DNA from: Bacteroidota bacterium | GTDB lineage: Bacteria; Bacteroidota; Bacteroidia; NS11-12g; UBA955 | Assembly: GCA_027621365.1 (NCBI GenBank) | Contig: JAQCBH010000001.1 | Span: 133,308-197,307 of the forward strand | DNA length: 64,000 nucleotides | Direction of reading: 5' to 3' | Shown here: positions 62,687 through 64,000 of the stretch, piece by piece | Layout of the letters: each line of letters opens with the position of its first letter | Numbering within the stretch: position 1 is the stretch's first letter | The notes under the pieces: generated by a model | Databases searched by the model: none | What the model was told of the DNA's origin: nothing | What the model saw: only the letters and a program-made list of their open reading frames with translations | Program-made: the position numbers and the translations under genes

Positions 62687-63325
62687 CTTCGATACTTCCA
62701 AGGCCGAGAATAGACCATGAATGCGGGCGCTGCTGTGCCAATCTCCAGTATGGTAGGCCTTAGCATTGCTGCTGCGCAGCCCACCACCGTTGACAATGCG
62801 AACACCCTCGCAGAGGCGTTGAATTTCTTGACGTTTAGACTCTGCTTCAGGCTCGGTATGCCACAACCAGCGATCAAAACCGCAGCGATGGGCCCGCATG
62901 GCCGCATCAGCTGGCACTAGAGAATCAGCGGCTCGGTGCAAGACCGCTTTCAGGCCGTAACTGTGGGCCTTTTCAATTGCTTGGAAACAGAACACCTCAT
63001 CCATTTGGCCATCAGGCGTTATCGCCCCAAACACAACGGCTTCTACTCCTTTCAGCGCACCCAAGTCTTCGATTTCCTGAAGCATATCAAACTGCTCGTG
63101 CTTGGAATAAACAAAATCACCGCCTCGAGGTCGAACCATCACCGCTAAGGAACAGGAAGCGGGCAAACCGAGCAGGAGTTCTTTCACATCGTCTAGGCTG
63201 GGCGAAACCCCACCCAAAGCATAATCCTGGCAGAATTCGATTCGATCAGCGCCTGCTTCAGCGGCTTGCAGGGCCTCTGAGACCGAAAACGCACATATTT
63301 CCAGCTGTCTACCTATTTCACCCAT
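62687..63325 (-). CDS. cutC: CutC-family protein; the reading frame has no stop of its own and continues into the beta-mannosidase ORF
   Basis: The N-terminus LEICAFSVSEALQAAEAGADRIEFCQDYALGGVSPS, then ..MVRPRGGDF and ..LHRA.. fit CutC. The C-terminal third is divergent. The 3' boundary given is the nominal junction with the mannosidase signal peptide. Confidence 0.6.
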
Positions 63326-63482
63326 ACAGATTGGCGGAATCGGCCTTCATTGGCTTCCATTAACAGGGCATTGTTTTGGGCATTCGCGAGGCTTATCAAT
63401 CCTGCACAGCACCCTATTAAGGCCATCCATTTCGTTTTCATCGCAACTCAATGTTACGAATTTTCAGCGATGATAGGTTGCT

Positions 63483-63980
63483 TCAAGGTTTTTGTCGGCG
63501 AAATGCCATTTGCGGTTCAGGCTCTACCTGTGGAACAATCGTATCGCCCATCAGCATGATTTTTCCTTTCAGCAATGAGCGAGGCCCGCAATCTTCTACT
63601 TGTCTTGCAGATTCGGGTTCTTGTTCAGGAATGCCCATGATAATGGGATCAGGGTCCAACTGAACATCTACATCGCCCATGATTTCAATGATGGCGCCAC
63701 CCATGTTATGGGGCTCCATATTCACCGGTTCTTCAGGGTGCTTGGTGGGCGGCGTTACCGGCAATACCTCAGGTAGCTCAGGTTCATCCGGTTCATCTGG
63801 GTGCTTGGTGGGCGGCGTTACCGGCAATACTTCAGGCACAGCCGCTTCCCCACTCAACGTACCTTCAGGGATGGCCACCTGCACAGTATCTTCTTCAACA
63901 AAGACCACATCACCTACGGTTTGATCGGTTGAGTGACACGCACTGGCTCCGCCCAATAAGACAACTGCGACCAAAGCCAT
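63483..63980 (-). CDS. lipoprotein with a proline/acidic tandem repeat linker, unknown function
   Basis: A lipobox is present (MALVAVVLLGGASAC). A 21-aa unit is duplicated (PEVLPVTPPTKHPDEPDEPEL / PEVLPVTPPTKHPEEP). Confidence 0.6.
   Translation of the reverse strand: MALVAVVLLGGASACHSTDQTVGDVVFVEEDTVQVAIPEGTLSGEAAVPEVLPVTPPTKHPDEPDEPELPEVLPVTPPTKHPEEPVNMEPHNMGGAIIEIMGDVDVQLDPDPIIMGIPEQEPESARQVEDCGPRSLLKGKIMLMGDTIVPQVEPEPQMAFRRQKP
63721..63840. repeat. 63-nt tandem duplication (about 1.9 copies) inside the lipoprotein gene
   Basis: The sequence gggtgcttggtgggcggcgttaccggcaatac occurs at 63736-63767 and again at 63799-63830. The flanking sequences are also related. Confidence 0.85.
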
Positions 63981-64000
63981 GGCAAAACGTTGCAGGCTCA

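Overview
Chromosomal window from a Bacteroidota-type genome. It carries gliding and type IX secretion (T9SS) genes: gldG, sprA and a PorZ-like gene. Six complete proteins plus one orphan fragment end in T9SS C-terminal sorting domains (CTDs). About 45 genes are present, mostly housekeeping: ruvA, trxB, type III glutamine synthetase, kup, DPP-IV, bcp, gpsA, a PduO-type adenosyltransferase, trpS, two glycosyltransferases and one tRNA-Ser(GGA). Four regions stand out. (1) At 31.1-45.9 kb there are three tandem, independently terminated paralogous genes of about 1500-1600 codons. Each encodes a signal peptide, an unusual Tyr-rich 27-29-residue repeat array, about six PKD-like domains and a T9SS CTD. 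Next to them lie an orphan near-identical CTD fragment and an inverted repeat that includes the start codon and brackets the upstream region of paralog 3. (2) A visibly AT-rich 2.65-kb two-gene islet sits about 180 bp downstream of tRNA-Ser. It encodes a 14-Cys secreted protein and a propeller-like T9SS cargo, has no integrase, and is flanked by an 8-bp direct repeat. (3) An N-glycan-core degradation cluster contains GH20 hexosaminidase, glycosylasparaginase and GH2 beta-mannosidase. CutC runs in frame, with no stop codon, into the mannosidase signal peptide. (4) Three small genes carry four in-frame nonsense codons. Three of these replace conserved Trp codons and are each one G->A change from TGG. 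I saw no CRISPR array, rRNA, transposase, integrase or recombinase. All functional calls come from motifs and architecture read by eye; no database search or computation was run.
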